NCBI GenBank assembly: GCA_031414775.1
Contig: JANOQI010000054.1
Span: 1-64,000, forward strand
Direction of reading: 5' to 3'
Length of the DNA stretch: 64,000 nt
From: Synechococcales cyanobacterium VAR_4_metabat_354
GTDB lineage: Bacteria > Cyanobacteriota > Cyanobacteriia > Cyanobacteriales > Chamaesiphonaceae
Shown here: in pieces, positions 21,227 to 31,354 of the stretch
How positions within the stretch are numbered: position 1 is the stretch's first letter
Layout: each line of letters starts with the position of its first letter
Notes under the pieces: model-generated
What the model saw: the letters and a program-made list of their open reading frames with translations, nothing else
Databases searched by the model: none
Told to the model about the DNA's origin: nothing
Made by a program: the position numbers and the translations under genes

Positions 21227-22474
21227 ATGCTGCCTGCCAAAACATCTACCGAAACAAATAGCTTTCAGGACTTATTACGCAATCGATCGTTTATGTGGCT
21301 GTGGGCAGGACAAGCCTTGTCGCAAGTTGCCGATAAAATTCTGATTGTTTTCTCCATCTCGTTGTTATCCACTTACCGGATTCCAGCTAGTCTAGCGGCT
21401 TCTTCCAGTTCAGCGATTCTTATTGCTACTACGATTCCAGCGATTGTCTTTGGGGCAGCCGCCGGAATTTTTGTAGATAGGTATCTTAAACAGCGGATCA
21501 TGGTACTTTCCAATCTGTTGCGAGCTGCTCTAGTCATGTCGATAGTGCTTTTGCCCAAAGAGCTGGTGCTGCTGTTACTAGTAATATTTGCAATCTCCAC
21601 AGTGACTCAAGTCTTCACACCAGCGGAGCAGTCAGTCACGCCATTGGTAGTCAAGCCAGAGCATCTACTCACCGCCAATTCCCTATCTACTATTACACTG
21701 CTGGGTTCGGTGGTAGTGGGTTTTCCCATTGGGGGATGGCTGGTTAAGCAAAACTTTGGTACCCTTGGCCATGCCATCTTTCTAGGCAGCGTCTACTTAT
21801 GCGCGGCTCTTTGTTGTGAGCTAATGCAGTCTCGTGAAGTCTTACCCCAGCAAGTTGGCCCCAAAAGTTATAACCCCATCCCAGAATTCATGGATGGGAT
21901 TCGTTACCTCCAAAGTAATCGGTTGATTCAGCAAGCTATGATTCAACTAACTATTTTGTTCTCAACTATTACTGCTCTGCAAGTATTATCAATCAAGTTA
22001 GTAGTTGAAATGGGGCTGGATGAAACTCAGTTTAGTCTGTTAGTGTCAGCCACCGGAGTGGGTTTGATGATCGGCGCAGCCATGCTCGGAACTTGGGGCA
22101 ATCGCTTACGCAACCAACCCCTACCGGTGGTGGGTTTCAGTATTATCACCCTGATGTTAGTGGGTTATATCTTGTTCAAACAGCTGTGGTCATCAATATT
22201 TATTAGTGTGATACTGGGTTTTGGCGCATCTTTGATTGCGGTGCCGATGCAAACTCTCATCCAAGAAAAAACACCAGAATCGATGCGCGGCAAAGTATTT
22301 GGCTTTCAAAATAACGCTGTCAATGTTGCTCTCAGCTTGCCGTTAGCCATTTCTGGTCCATTAGCCGATCGCTTTGGTCTGAATGCGGTGCTAATTGGGA
22401 TGAGTCTAGCGATCGCTAGTGCTGGCATTTGGGTCTGGCGGAATAACCGTCACATCCAGCCAGATATTGGCTAG
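21227..22474 (+). CDS. MFS transporter (DHA3-like)
   Basis: LWAGQALSQVAD, AGIFVDRY, QEKTPESMRGKVFG; about 12 TMs. Confidence 0.92.
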   Translation: MLPAKTSTETNSFQDLLRNRSFMWLWAGQALSQVADKILIVFSISLLSTYRIPASLAASSSSAILIATTIPAIVFGAAAGIFVDRYLKQRIMVLSNLLRAALVMSIVLLPKELVLLLLVIFAISTVTQVFTPAEQSVTPLVVKPEHLLTANSLSTITLLGSVVVGFPIGGWLVKQNFGTLGHAIFLGSVYLCAALCCELMQSREVLPQQVGPKSYNPIPEFMDGIRYLQSNRLIQQAMIQLTILFSTITALQVLSIKLVVEMGLDETQFSLLVSATGVGLMIGAAMLGTWGNRLRNQPLPVVGFSIITLMLVGYILFKQLWSSIFISVILGFGASLIAVPMQTLIQEKTPESMRGKVFGFQNNAVNVALSLPLAISGPLADRFGLNAVLIGMSLAIASAGIWVWRNNRHIQPDIG

Positions 22475-22606
22475 AATGTGTGTAACTTATCACAGAGTCG
22501 ATCGATAATCAGCATTAAAAAGTACTAGAATAATTAGCTACTTATCCAGTTGCATTCATCACTTTTTCGCTCTTCCCAACTAGCCGCCAACTTACGAGGT
22601 TCATTA

Positions 22607-24478
22607 GTGGTTTCCCAAATCTCGACTACCAGCACGACCGTTATCCCCATCCCCGCCCCTAGCTCCAACGTGCGGACTGGAGCTTACGCCCTGCTCGATA
22701 GTCTGAGACGGCACGGAGTCAAGCATATTTTTGGCTACCCCGGCGGCGCTATCTTACCAATCTACGACGAAATAGAACGAGCCGAAGCCGCTGGTTGGAT
22801 GGATCATATTTTAGTCCGACATGAACAAGGAGCCGCCCACGCCGCCGATGGCTACGCTCGATCGACTGGCCAAGTTGGGGTTTGTTTTGCGACTTCTGGA
22901 CCAGGTGCCACCAACTTAGTAACTGGTATCGCCACTGCCCAGATGGATTCGATTCCGATGGTAATCGTCACTGGCCAAGTACCACGTAGTGCGATCGGCA
23001 CTGATGGCTTCCAAGAAACCGACATATATGGCATTACCATGCCGATCGTCAAGCATTCTTATGTAGTACGCGATCCCCGCGAAATGGGCAGAGTCGTCGC
23101 CGAAGCTTTTTATATTGCTAGTTCCGGTCGCCCCGGCCCGGTCTTAATTGATATTCCCAAAGACGTGGGTGCCGAAGAATTTGAATATTCCCCCGTCGAA
23201 CCCAATAGTATTAAGCTTCCCGGTTATCGTCCTACCCTACGCGGCAATTCTCGTCAAATCAACCAGGCTGTGCAGCTGATCAAAAACAGCAAGCAGCCTT
23301 TGCTTTATGTCGGTGGCGGAGCGATTTCGGCCAGTGCCCATGTTGAAATCAAGCAGTTGGCTGAAATCTTCCAGATACCAGTGACTACCACCCTGATGGG
23401 TAAAGGTGCCTTTAATGAAGAACATCCCTTGTCGGTGGGAATGCTGGGAATGCACGGCACGGCCTATGCTAACTGGGCAGCTACCGACTGTGATTTGTTA
23501 ATTGCCGTTGGCGCTCGGTTTGACGATCGAGTCATGGGCAAACAAGATATGTTTGCCCCCCACGCCAAAATAATTCATATTGATATCGACCCAGCAGAAG
23601 TTGGCAAGATTCGGGTCCCAGATGTGCCGATCGTTGGTGATCTGAAACAGGTATTAGTTGATATTCTCGATCGCGTAGCTGAGCTGAAGCTAGATAACCA
23701 GGCCATCAAAACTGGCCATTGGCTAGACATGATTGGCGCTTGGCGCGAAGATAACCCCTTAGTGGTGCCCGAATATCCCGATACGCTCTCCCCTCAAGAA
23801 GCGATCGCTGAATGTCGCAAACAAGCGCCCAATGCTTACTACACTACCGATGTGGGGCAGCACCAAATGTGGGCAGCCCAGTTTTTAAACAACTTACCCC
23901 GCCACTGGCTTTCTAGTTCAGGTCTAGGTACCATGGGCTATGGAGTACCGGCGGCGATCGGAGCACAGGTGGCACTACCGGGTGAACAAATTATTTGTAT
24001 CAGTGGTGATGCCAGCTTCCAGATGAATCTGCAAGAGTTGGGCACTATTATGGAATACCAGCTCCCCGTCAAGATTGTCGTGATTAATAATGGCTGGCAA
24101 GGCATGGTGCGCCAGTGGCAGGAAGCCTTCTACGCCGAGAATTATTCCTCTTCCGAAATGGCTCCTTCGATGCCGGATTTGATGTTATTGGCGCAAGCTT
24201 ATGGCATTAAGGGGATGACGATCGATCAACGGGCGGGCTTACCCCAGGCCATCGCCGAGATGTTGGCTTACCCCGGCGCAGTTTTGATGGATGTCAAAGT
24301 TAAGCGCAACGAAAATTGCTATCCAATGGTACCAGCAGGCAAAGCCAACGCCGATATGGTTGGTCTTGCTAAACCCAAGCGCCAGTTCGGCAAATCCACT
24401 GTAGTTAGTTGTCCCAGCTGTAGTGCCCAAAATATTACTAGCAACAAATTTTGCTCAGAATGTGGCAATAAACTGTAA
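22607..24478 (+). CDS. ilvB: Acetolactate synthase large subunit with C-terminal zinc ribbon
   Basis: [29 protein letters not shown] ThDP motif; GTG 22607 preceded by GAGG. Confidence 0.96.
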   Translation: MVSQISTTSTTVIPIPAPSSNVRTGAYALLDSLRRHGVKHIFGYPGGAILPIYDEIERAEAAGWMDHILVRHEQGAAHAADGYARSTGQVGVCFATSGPGATNLVTGIATAQMDSIPMVIVTGQVPRSAIGTDGFQETDIYGITMPIVKHSYVVRDPREMGRVVAEAFYIASSGRPGPVLIDIPKDVGAEEFEYSPVEPNSIKLPGYRPTLRGNSRQINQAVQLIKNSKQPLLYVGGGAISASAHVEIKQLAEIFQIPVTTTLMGKGAFNEEHPLSVGMLGMHGTAYANWAATDCDLLIAVGARFDDRVMGKQDMFAPHAKIIHIDIDPAEVGKIRVPDVPIVGDLKQVLVDILDRVAELKLDNQAIKTGHWLDMIGAWREDNPLVVPEYPDTLSPQEAIAECRKQAPNAYYTTDVGQHQMWAAQFLNNLPRHWLSSSGLGTMGYGVPAAIGAQVALPGEQIICISGDASFQMNLQELGTIMEYQLPVKIVVINNGWQGMVRQWQEAFYAENYSSSEMAPSMPDLMLLAQAYGIKGMTIDQRAGLPQAIAEMLAYPGAVLMDVKVKRNENCYPMVPAGKANADMVGLAKPKRQFGKSTVVSCPSCSAQNITSNKFCSECGNKL

Positions 24479-24615
24479 AATCACACTACTTTCCTAGATT
24501 TTCTGGGGTAGAGGCACTCTTAAGTTTCTCCGACCCAGGAGAAATTTTAGTGAGCAGCCTATTAAAAAGGGCTAAGGGGATTTTCCTCTTGTGCACTACT
24601 GAGGATTAGTTTTTT

Positions 24616-26244
24616 ATGCTCCGAATTTTCATCGCTTGTGTTCTGGCCCTGGTATCTCAATCAGCGGCCTTAACCTCTATCGCGGCACCAGCAGCCCAAA
24701 CACAAGTACTGCAAAAGCATCTAGTGCGTCCGCTACCGGGCAGTCTGGATAAGATTCCGGTCTTTAATAGTAATAGTCCAGAAGTGCTGATCAATGAAGG
24801 TATTTTGCTTTCCACCTGGTCGCCCGCTAATAAAGCCCAGGCCGCAGCTCATCTTAACTATGCTTTTGATGGTCGATTTGATATTTTCTCTCACCATATC
24901 TCTCGTCCAGCCTTAGATGCCAATACTGTCAACCGCTTAATGAATGTGGGCATTTTAGCTTTTAATCCTGGCCAGAAACCAATCAAGCTCAAGATTTTAC
25001 AAGCGCTCAGCTATGTTAATGCCGATGCCCCCTTTGTTAATTTGGCCGCTTATGTAAACAATTCTGATGGTCGGACCTTTTCTGGCCCTGGTTCGCGCAT
25101 CGCCAACGATATGAAACGTGGTCTCACTGATACCAGGCTAACCAAAGAAATTACCATTCCGCCTGGTCAAAGTAGAATTATTTTTAGTCGATCGATCCCT
25201 AATCGCAGCGCTGAATCAACTTTAATGCGCTTGCAAAGCAGTGGCAAAGTCCAGATTGCCAGTCTGGCCTTGCTCGATAAACTACAATCTCCACCACTAG
25301 GAGTTTTGGCGATCGGACATCAACCCCAGCAGCTGCCCAGCTTAGAAAAGCCAGCTGCCATGGTGAAGCCAGCCAAATTGTTGCCAGTCTATCGATCGCC
25401 AAAATCAGAAGAATGGCAAACTGCCATCAAAACTAGTAAATTAGCCACCCCTCGGGATCAGTTACCAACTAATCCGAGTGCGATCAAGCCCGGTAAAGGT
25501 GTCACCTACGGCCGAGTTGCCGGAGTTTCCCAAGGTTCACGTTGGGAAGCGAAAATCACAGATCAACCGGATAGTAATGACCTGTCCATTCCAGAACGCG
25601 GTCAGGCGGTATCTTTTGCCATTAGTACACTCGATGGGGGCACTTTAGGGACACGCCAAATCCAGAGTGCTGCTATGTTGAAACGCTATCCGGATACGGC
25701 CTACCGGGGGCATGGTAACTATGGTACTCACTATCGGTTAACGATGCCCTTGCTAAATAATTCCCAAGAAGAGCGCAGTGTAGTTATTAAAATGCAAACT
25801 CCTTTCAAGGATGATATTTTGTTTGGGGGCTTACGTTTTCTGTCCCCAATGCCCGCTGATGCACCAATTTTTTTCCGAGGCACTGTCCAGATTCGTTATT
25901 CCAATGATTTTGGGCGCACCGAAACCAAGCAAACTCATATTGTGCAAAGGCGTGGTGAACAGGGTCGAGCATTAGTAACAGTAAAGTTACCACCGGGTAC
26001 CCGCCGCCAAGTCGAAATTGATTTAATTTATCCCCCCGATGCTTCGCCACCGCAGGTATTTACAGTGGAATCATTGGGCACCCCTCGCTCAGCATCTTCA
26101 GCATCGTTGGATCAAAATAAAGCCGAGCCAACTAAAAAATATCAAAAACAACAGCCGCCGATCGTCATTAAACGGATGATTCCTTGGACTTTAGTCCCAG
26201 CGACGGAGCCAGCACCCCCTGCTCCAAAGTTAAATCAGCCCTAG
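24616..26244 (+). CDS. Exported DUF3370-like cyanobacterial protein
   Basis: Signal peptide, PVFNSNSPE, EGILLST, YGRVAGVSQGS, HGNYG, YPPDASPPQV. Confidence 0.8.
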   Translation: MLRIFIACVLALVSQSAALTSIAAPAAQTQVLQKHLVRPLPGSLDKIPVFNSNSPEVLINEGILLSTWSPANKAQAAAHLNYAFDGRFDIFSHHISRPALDANTVNRLMNVGILAFNPGQKPIKLKILQALSYVNADAPFVNLAAYVNNSDGRTFSGPGSRIANDMKRGLTDTRLTKEITIPPGQSRIIFSRSIPNRSAESTLMRLQSSGKVQIASLALLDKLQSPPLGVLAIGHQPQQLPSLEKPAAMVKPAKLLPVYRSPKSEEWQTAIKTSKLATPRDQLPTNPSAIKPGKGVTYGRVAGVSQGSRWEAKITDQPDSNDLSIPERGQAVSFAISTLDGGTLGTRQIQSAAMLKRYPDTAYRGHGNYGTHYRLTMPLLNNSQEERSVVIKMQTPFKDDILFGGLRFLSPMPADAPIFFRGTVQIRYSNDFGRTETKQTHIVQRRGEQGRALVTVKLPPGTRRQVEIDLIYPPDASPPQVFTVESLGTPRSASSASLDQNKAEPTKKYQKQQPPIVIKRMIPWTLVPATEPAPPAPKLNQP

Positions 26245-26254
26245 CTGGTATGGA

Positions 26255-27277
26255 TTAGATCGCATAATCTAATGGGAACGGAAAAGACTTAGCTTCTTTC
26301 GGTTGCACAAAAACATGCTGTTGTGGTTGTAGTTGCAAAGCATCAAACCGCTCCCGAGTCAGATGAGCCATCATTATTTGGCCATCCGCTAAAGATAGTT
26401 CGGCTTGAACTTCCCAGCCCAAGTGAATAATGCGTTCCACCCGCGCCGGAACATTATTCCCATTGGGTGCTATCTCAATGACAATATCTTGGGGTCGTAA
26501 GAACATTTCGGGGTTACTCGACTCAAAACCATTACTCTGAAAAATATCCGAACCACTGGCCAGCACATTCACTGGGCCAATAAAACTCATAACAAAAGCA
26601 GTAGCTGGGTGATCATAAATCTGAGCTGGAGTGCCAGATTGCTCAATTTTGCCTTTATTCATCACCACGACTTTATCAGAAACTTCCATCGCCTCTTCTT
26701 GGTCGTGAGTCACAAATACAGTGGTGACATGCACCTCGTCATGTAGGCGGCGCAGCCAAGCCCGTAAATCTTTACGCACTTTGGCATCCAGCGCTCCAAA
26801 AGGTTCATCAAGTAACAATACTCTCGGTTCTACGGCCAAGGCTCTAGCTAAGGCCACCCGTTGGCGCTGACCGCCAGATAGCTGGCTGGGATAGCGATCG
26901 CCTAATCCACTTAACTGCACTAGTTCGAGTAGTTCATCAACTCTTTTTTTAGTAGTACCTGGGTTCTTTTTGCGAATATCTAGACCAAAAGCGATATTTT
27001 GGCGAATGGTCATGTGTTTGAACAAAGCATAATGCTGAAACACAAAGCCGATGTTCCGTTCTTGAACCGATTGATGGGTCGCATCAGTCCCAGTCAGCCA
27101 GATGCGACCCTCGTCCGGCAGTTCCAGACCGGCAATGAGACGGAGCAAAGTAGATTTCCCAGAACCGGAGGGACCTAGTAGCGCGACCAGGGAACCAGAT
27201 TCGATTTCTAAGCTCACCTGATCGACTGCCTGGAAATTTCCAAACCGCTTGGATACGCTCTCGACTGCAATGCCCAT
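26255..27277 (-). CDS. cysA: Sulfate ABC transporter ATP-binding protein
   Basis: [46 protein letters not shown]-like tail. Confidence 0.96.
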   Translation of the reverse strand: MGIAVESVSKRFGNFQAVDQVSLEIESGSLVALLGPSGSGKSTLLRLIAGLELPDEGRIWLTGTDATHQSVQERNIGFVFQHYALFKHMTIRQNIAFGLDIRKKNPGTTKKRVDELLELVQLSGLGDRYPSQLSGGQRQRVALARALAVEPRVLLLDEPFGALDAKVRKDLRAWLRRLHDEVHVTTVFVTHDQEEAMEVSDKVVVMNKGKIEQSGTPAQIYDHPATAFVMSFIGPVNVLASGSDIFQSNGFESSNPEMFLRPQDIVIEIAPNGNNVPARVERIIHLGWEVQAELSLADGQIMMAHLTRERFDALQLQPQQHVFVQPKEAKSFPFPLDYAI

Positions 27278-27295
27278 TATTTGTCTTCCTAATTG

Positions 27296-27329
27296 AATCT
27301 ACGGCTTTCCGATGGAGTTAGTTGGATTT
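27296..27329. promoter_or_regulatory. Candidate Rrf2 operator upstream of cysA
   Basis: AATCTACGGCTTTCCGATGGAGTT matches the site at 28002 at 17 of 24 positions. Confidence 0.55.
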
Positions 27330-27402
27330 TATCAAAATCATGGACTACTCACAACATCTAAAATTGGTGGCGGCAATATTACTATGCGGCTCAAAGGTCG
27401 GC

Positions 27403-27831
27403 TTAGATGTAATAAGTGATACTACTCTGTGCCTGAGCATCCCGCTGATCACATAAATCTTGCAAAGTACAGTTTTGAAAAATCTGGTAGGCTTCCTGTC
27501 TAGCTTTTTGCCAGATCTCGGCTAACACCAAGCTTTCGATCGATCTACCATCTCCATTTGAGGTATTGGCTTTCCCTTCCATCGCCAAAATCACATCTAG
27601 TAGACTTATTTGCCAAGGCTCTCGCCCCAACAGATAACCGCCTTTAGCTCCCCGTTGGCTTTTCACCAGACCCTGCTGGCGCAAAATACCCATGAGCTGT
27701 TCGAGATATCGATCGGGAATTTGTTGTTGCTCGGCAATCTGGCGCGTTTGGAGCGGTTCACCATCATTAAAGCGTTTGGCTAGCTCCATTAGAGCGAGCA
27801 GAGCATATTCAGTCTTGGGGGAAAGATCCAC
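27403..27831 (-). CDS. Rrf2 family (CymR-like) transcriptional regulator
   Basis: EYALLAL, IPDRYLEQL, SQRGAKGGY; no Fe-S Cys triad; ends in YYI; GTG start at 27831. Confidence 0.92.
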   Translation of the reverse strand: MDLSPKTEYALLALMELAKRFNDGEPLQTRQIAEQQQIPDRYLEQLMGILRQQGLVKSQRGAKGGYLLGREPWQISLLDVILAMEGKANTSNGDGRSIESLVLAEIWQKARQEAYQIFQNCTLQDLCDQRDAQAQSSITYYI

Positions 27832-27956
27832 GGCACAGCAGGGCAAACAATACAGCTTCTCATTGTATCTTGCTCTACCACGCCGAGATGGAAAACCCCC
27901 TCATGTCAGACTTTTCTAAAATTACCTTTATTCCGGTCAAGATATAGATGATTTAC

Positions 27957-27985
27957 TTGACTTTTCGCGATAACTTCTTTACTAT
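27957..27985 (+). promoter_or_regulatory. Sigma70-type promoter of sbp-cysTW
   Basis: TTGACT-N17-TACTAT. Confidence 0.65.
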
Positions 27986-28001
27986 CGATACTCATCAGAT
28001 A

Positions 28002-28035
28002 AATATACGGCAATTCGATAAAGATGTCGTAGATT
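28002..28035. promoter_or_regulatory. Candidate Rrf2 operator upstream of sbp
   Basis: Imperfect palindrome ATATACGGCA...TGTCGTAGAT just downstream of the predicted promoter; similar to the cysA site. Confidence 0.55.
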
Positions 28036-28057
28036 AAATTTAACTAGGTGAGGAATC

Positions 28058-29086
28058 ATGAAGTCAGCAGCGATCAGTCGTCGGATAGTCACACTGTTTT
28101 TGGTGGGAGTAGTTTTGAGTGTTGCGCTCGCTGCTTGCACTGGCGGAAAAACTGTCGAGTCTGGTAATGGTCAAAAACCAGAGGTGGAGCTTACCCTAGT
28201 TTCTTTTGCTGTTACCAAAGCTGCCCATGAAGCGATCATTCCCAAATTTGTGGCCAAGTGGCAACAAGAACATGGCCAGAAAGTAACTTTTAAGCAGAGT
28301 TATGGTGGTTCTGGTTCGCAAACTCGGGCGGTCATTGATGGTTTGGCTGCTGATGTCGTTCATTTGTCGCTGGCTGGCGATACCCAAAAAATTGAAAAGG
28401 CCGGATTGATCGCCCCAGGTTGGGAGAAAAAATTCCCCCATGACAGCAATGTTTCTCGATCGATCGCCGTTTTGGTCACCAGGCCAGGTAATCCCAAGGG
28501 CATTAAAAACTGGTCAGATTTGGCCAAAGATGGCATTAAAGTAATTACCGCTAACCCCAAAACTTCGGGAGTGGCCAAGTGGAATTTCTTGGCTCTGTGG
28601 AATAATGCCATCAAAACTGGCGATGAAGCCCAAGCTCAGGAGTTTGTGAAAAAAGTTTATGATAATGCGCCAATTTTGCCCAAAGATGCTCGGGAAGCCA
28701 CTGATATATTTTTTAAACAAGGCCAGGGTGATGCCTTAATTAACTACGAAAACGAAATTATTCTGGCTCAACAAAAAGGCGAGAAAGTGGAGTACATTAC
28801 TCCCGATGTGAATATCTCGATCGATAATCCGATCGCCGTTGTTGATAAAAATGTTGATAAGCATGGTAGTCGCGCGGTCGCGGAAGCTTTTGTGCAGTAT
28901 CTATTTACCCCAGAAGCCCAGGCCGAATTTGCCAAATTGGGCTTTCGACCAGCTGACCCGAATCAACCCACTAAATACCCGGCAGTAAAAAAACTGAGTA
29001 CGATCAAAGACTTCGGCGGTTGGTCAACAGCCCAAACTAAGTTTTTTGATGACCAGGCCATCTTTGATCAAATTCAAACCAAATAA
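28058..29086 (+). CDS. sbp: Sulfate-binding lipoprotein
   Basis: LAAC lipobox, QSYGGSGSQTRAV, NPKTSGVAKWNF, NYENE. Confidence 0.95.
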   Translation: MKSAAISRRIVTLFLVGVVLSVALAACTGGKTVESGNGQKPEVELTLVSFAVTKAAHEAIIPKFVAKWQQEHGQKVTFKQSYGGSGSQTRAVIDGLAADVVHLSLAGDTQKIEKAGLIAPGWEKKFPHDSNVSRSIAVLVTRPGNPKGIKNWSDLAKDGIKVITANPKTSGVAKWNFLALWNNAIKTGDEAQAQEFVKKVYDNAPILPKDAREATDIFFKQGQGDALINYENEIILAQQKGEKVEYITPDVNISIDNPIAVVDKNVDKHGSRAVAEAFVQYLFTPEAQAEFAKLGFRPADPNQPTKYPAVKKLSTIKDFGGWSTAQTKFFDDQAIFDQIQTK

Positions 29087-29098
29087 CGCTAAGTAACT

Positions 29099-29947
29099 AT
29101 GTCTTTATTTTCTGCTCTTGCTAGTCATCCTCCTCGGGTTAAGCCTCGCCCACTCCGGTTATCTTGGGCTTGGCGGATTACCATTGGCTATCTCGTAGTG
29201 ATGTTGGCGTTACCAGTTTCGGCCATGTTGGTAAAGGCTAGTAGCCAGTCTCCAGCGAAGTTTTGGCAGATTGCCACTAGCCCGATCGCTCTCTCGACCT
29301 ACGATGTAACTTTTGTGACCGCCTTGGTGGCTGCTGTCATCAATGGATTCTTTGGTACCCTGATTGCTTGGGTCTTAGTGCGCTATGAATTCCCTGGTAA
29401 AAAGCTCATTGATAGTTCGATCGATCTACCTTTTGCTTTACCGACAGCAGTAGCCGGTCTAACTCTGGCGACAGTTTATAGTGATAACGGCTGGATTGGT
29501 TCTTTGTTTGCTCCATTTGGTATTAAGTTAGCTTTTACTCGCACAGGGGTAGCAATCGCGATGGTTTTTATCTCTTTACCCTTTGTGGTACGGACAGTCC
29601 AGCCTGTCTTGCAAGAAATGGATGCCGATATTGAAGAAGCGGCTTGGTGCTTGGGTGCTTCGCCATGGGATACTTTCCGACGGGTAATTTTACCAGCTCT
29701 ATGGCCAGCGATTTTAACTGGTGTAGCGCTAGGCTTTTCGCGAGCAGTGGGAGAGTATGGCTCCACGGTGATTTTGGCCTCCAATACTCCTTTTCAAGAT
29801 TTAATCGCTCCCGTTCTAATTTTCCAGCGCTTGGAACAATATGACTTTGCCGGAGCCACAGTCATTGGAGTGGTGCTGCTGTCGATTTCTCTTGTATCCC
29901 TCCTTGCCATTAACCTGCTCCAATCATGGGGTAGCAAATACTATTAA
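29099..29947 (+). CDS. cysT: Sulfate ABC permease CysT
   Basis: DLPFALPTAVAG, PFVVRTVQPVL, EAA loop. Confidence 0.96.
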   Translation: MSLFSALASHPPRVKPRPLRLSWAWRITIGYLVVMLALPVSAMLVKASSQSPAKFWQIATSPIALSTYDVTFVTALVAAVINGFFGTLIAWVLVRYEFPGKKLIDSSIDLPFALPTAVAGLTLATVYSDNGWIGSLFAPFGIKLAFTRTGVAIAMVFISLPFVVRTVQPVLQEMDADIEEAAWCLGASPWDTFRRVILPALWPAILTGVALGFSRAVGEYGSTVILASNTPFQDLIAPVLIFQRLEQYDFAGATVIGVVLLSISLVSLLAINLLQSWGSKYY

Positions 29948-29966
29948 ATAGCCTAAGAAAATAATT

Positions 29967-30794
29967 ATGAATCGTGCTACTCAGCGTTCACAACAGTGGG
30001 TGCCTAGCTTACTGATTGCGGTCGCCATTTTTTATATTGCTTTGGTGTTTTATATTCCTACTGCCAATATTTTTTACCAAGCCTTTCAGAAAGGTATTGA
30101 TCCGTTTCTGGCTAACCTCAGCCGCCCAGCTTTCTTATCTGCCGTGCAGTTGACACTGAGTTTGACCCTGATCGCCGTACCGCTTAATGTGATCTTTGGC
30201 CTGTGTGCAGCCTGGGCGATCACCCGCCGATCTTTTCCCGGCAAGGCTGTGGTGTTGAGTATTATCGATCTGCCCTTTTCTATTTCTCCTGTAGTTGTTG
30301 GTTTGATGCTGGTGCTGCTCTATGGCAAACAAGGTTGGCTGGGAGGCTGGCTAGACGACCATAACATCAAGATTATTTTTGCTTTCCCGGGCATGTTGTT
30401 AGCTACCGCTTTCGTCAGTATGCCGTTTGTAGCTAGAGAAATCATCCCGGTGCTAGAAGAAGTCGGTAAAGATCAAGAAGAAGCCGCTAGAACCTTAGGA
30501 GCTAGCGATTGGCAAATCTTCTGGCGGGTGACTATACCCAATATTCGCTGGGCACTCCTTTATGGCGTCGTTCTGACGAATGCCCGGTCGATGGGGGAAT
30601 TTGGAGCGGTAGCGGTGGTATCGGGAAATATTGCCAGTTCTACTCAAAGTTTGCCGCTGTATGTGGAGGACACTTACAAGCAATACGAGACGGAAGCAGC
30701 TTATTCAGCCGCCTTACTGCTGGTGCTATTGGCAGTAGTGACGCTAATCATCAAAACGATTTTAGAACACAAAACCAAAATTAAGGATGTTTAA
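29967..30794 (+). CDS. cysW: Sulfate ABC permease CysW
   Basis: DLPFSISPVV, PFVAREIIP, NARSMGEFGAV. Confidence 0.96.
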   Translation: MNRATQRSQQWVPSLLIAVAIFYIALVFYIPTANIFYQAFQKGIDPFLANLSRPAFLSAVQLTLSLTLIAVPLNVIFGLCAAWAITRRSFPGKAVVLSIIDLPFSISPVVVGLMLVLLYGKQGWLGGWLDDHNIKIIFAFPGMLLATAFVSMPFVAREIIPVLEEVGKDQEEAARTLGASDWQIFWRVTIPNIRWALLYGVVLTNARSMGEFGAVAVVSGNIASSTQSLPLYVEDTYKQYETEAAYSAALLLVLLAVVTLIIKTILEHKTKIKDV

Positions 30795-30796
30795 CT

Positions 30797-31066
30797 ATGA
30801 CTAATAATTCCGGTATAATTCAAACTCGGATTCGGATTCTCATTCCCGAAAATTATCATCAAGAGCCAATTATTTCTCGATTAGTATCAGATTACCAGCT
30901 CACTGTTACCATTAAGGCCGCTGTATTAGGGGCTAATGGTGCCGGTGGCGGTTGGTTTGACTTGAATTTGGAAGGTTTGCCAGCTGATATCGATCGATCT
31001 TTGCAATACTTTCGAGACCTAAAACTAGATATTTGGAACGGCGAGGAGAGAAAGGACAACTGGTGA
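30797..31066 (+). CDS. Stand-alone NIL domain protein
   Basis: EPIISRLVSDYQLTVTI, GWFDLNLEG; 2 bp after the cysW stop. Confidence 0.85.
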   Translation: MTNNSGIIQTRIRILIPENYHQEPIISRLVSDYQLTVTIKAAVLGANGAGGGWFDLNLEGLPADIDRSLQYFRDLKLDIWNGEERKDNW

Positions 31067-31250
31067 CGTTTATCTTGTGGTGTGATCCCTTGACTCAATT
31101 GAGTTTGCAGTTGACGGTATAGTAGAGGGGTTGACATGGGATTGCTTGGAGTTAAGAAACTTTAGCATCACATTGAATGCCCCTCTTTGCTACACCTTAG
31201 TCAGAAATCCTCTTGTGGCAAGGCTTTAACGACTTTTCTGCACCACCAAG
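31063..31250 (-). mobile_element. One-ended IS4-like remnant (putative left end plus first 25 transposase codons)
   Basis: ATG 31137 gives MSTPLLYRQLQTQLSQGITPQDKRH, like the start of cyanobacterial IS4-type transposases. Similarity stops at the NIL stop codon. Candidate terminus CTTGGTGGTGCAGAAAAG at 31250. Confidence 0.6.
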
Positions 31251-31354
31251 CATTACCTGTCAAATCTATTAAAACAGTGCATCACAAAAAAACAAAAACA
31301 GGCGGTATTCAGACCACTTCCTCATACGTTTTTAGTTTGCCGATCGATACTTCT

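Noticed and set aside
30892..31137. 81-aa ORF as an intact gene
   Set aside because: Only the first 25 codons look like transposase; the rest is antisense read-through into the NIL gene
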